Of a DNA stretch of 14,298 nt, positions 14,250 to 14,298 are shown piece by piece. Within the stretch, counting starts at the first letter, position 1; every line of letters begins with the position of its first letter. The translations under genes and the position numbers were made by a program. Origin of the DNA: Candidatus Methylomirabilia bacterium (GTDB lineage Bacteria > Methylomirabilota > Methylomirabilia > Rokubacteriales > CSP1-6); assembly GCA_041497895.1 (NCBI GenBank), contig JBGQHJ010000126.1, positions 1 to 14,298 on the forward strand. The letters run 5' to 3'. Below the pieces are notes generated by a model. It had not been told where the DNA came from. It was given only the letters and a program-made list of their open reading frames with translations, and made no database searches.

Positions 14250-14298
14250 TCACGCGATCCGGCCTCGGCTGTCGCTGGTCAATGAAAATGTCCGCCCT

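Noticed and set aside
10550..14285. Plus-strand ORFs 10550..12145 and 13191..14285
   Set aside because: Codon-aligned antisense shadows of the SBP and aminotransferase genes, typical of high-GC genomes.
1..14298. CRISPR arrays, tRNA/rRNA, IS elements, integrases, defence or RiPP systems
   Set aside because: No regularly spaced repeats, RNA gene signatures, transposase/recombinase motifs or peptide-modifying enzymes were seen. Intergenic gaps inside the window are all under about 70 bp, apart from the right end.

Overview
High-GC bacterial DNA, densely coding, with no rRNA, tRNA, CRISPR or mobile element seen. The gene content (several luciferase-like oxidoreductases, a DppABC-type transporter lacking ATPases, NIPSNAP/VOC/DinB proteins) resembles soil heterotrophs such as Rokubacteria/Methylomirabilota, but that assignment is only an inference. 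Left to right: (1) the 5' part of a minus-strand LLM-class flavin oxidoreductase, which the ORF track missed, divergent from a ferritin-like/VIT1-CCC1 fusion iron transporter; (2) a minus-strand unit of Mer-like LLM reductase, Tat-signal amidohydrolase_2 and MFS transporter; (3) a plus-strand cluster of SRPBCC, double NIPSNAP, VOC and DinB; (4) a minus-strand operon of a divergent class IV (BCAT-like) aminotransferase, a FAD-dependent amine/amino-acid oxidoreductase, a family 5 solute-binding protein, two DppB/C permeases and a divergent threonine-synthase-like PLP enzyme. A 30-codon Thr/Val/Ile-rich small ORF precedes this operon. The operon is the best candidate for an undescribed pathway: both PLP enzymes keep the catalytic lysine but have altered substrate-pocket motifs. 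Several transcription units look leaderless or nearly so.
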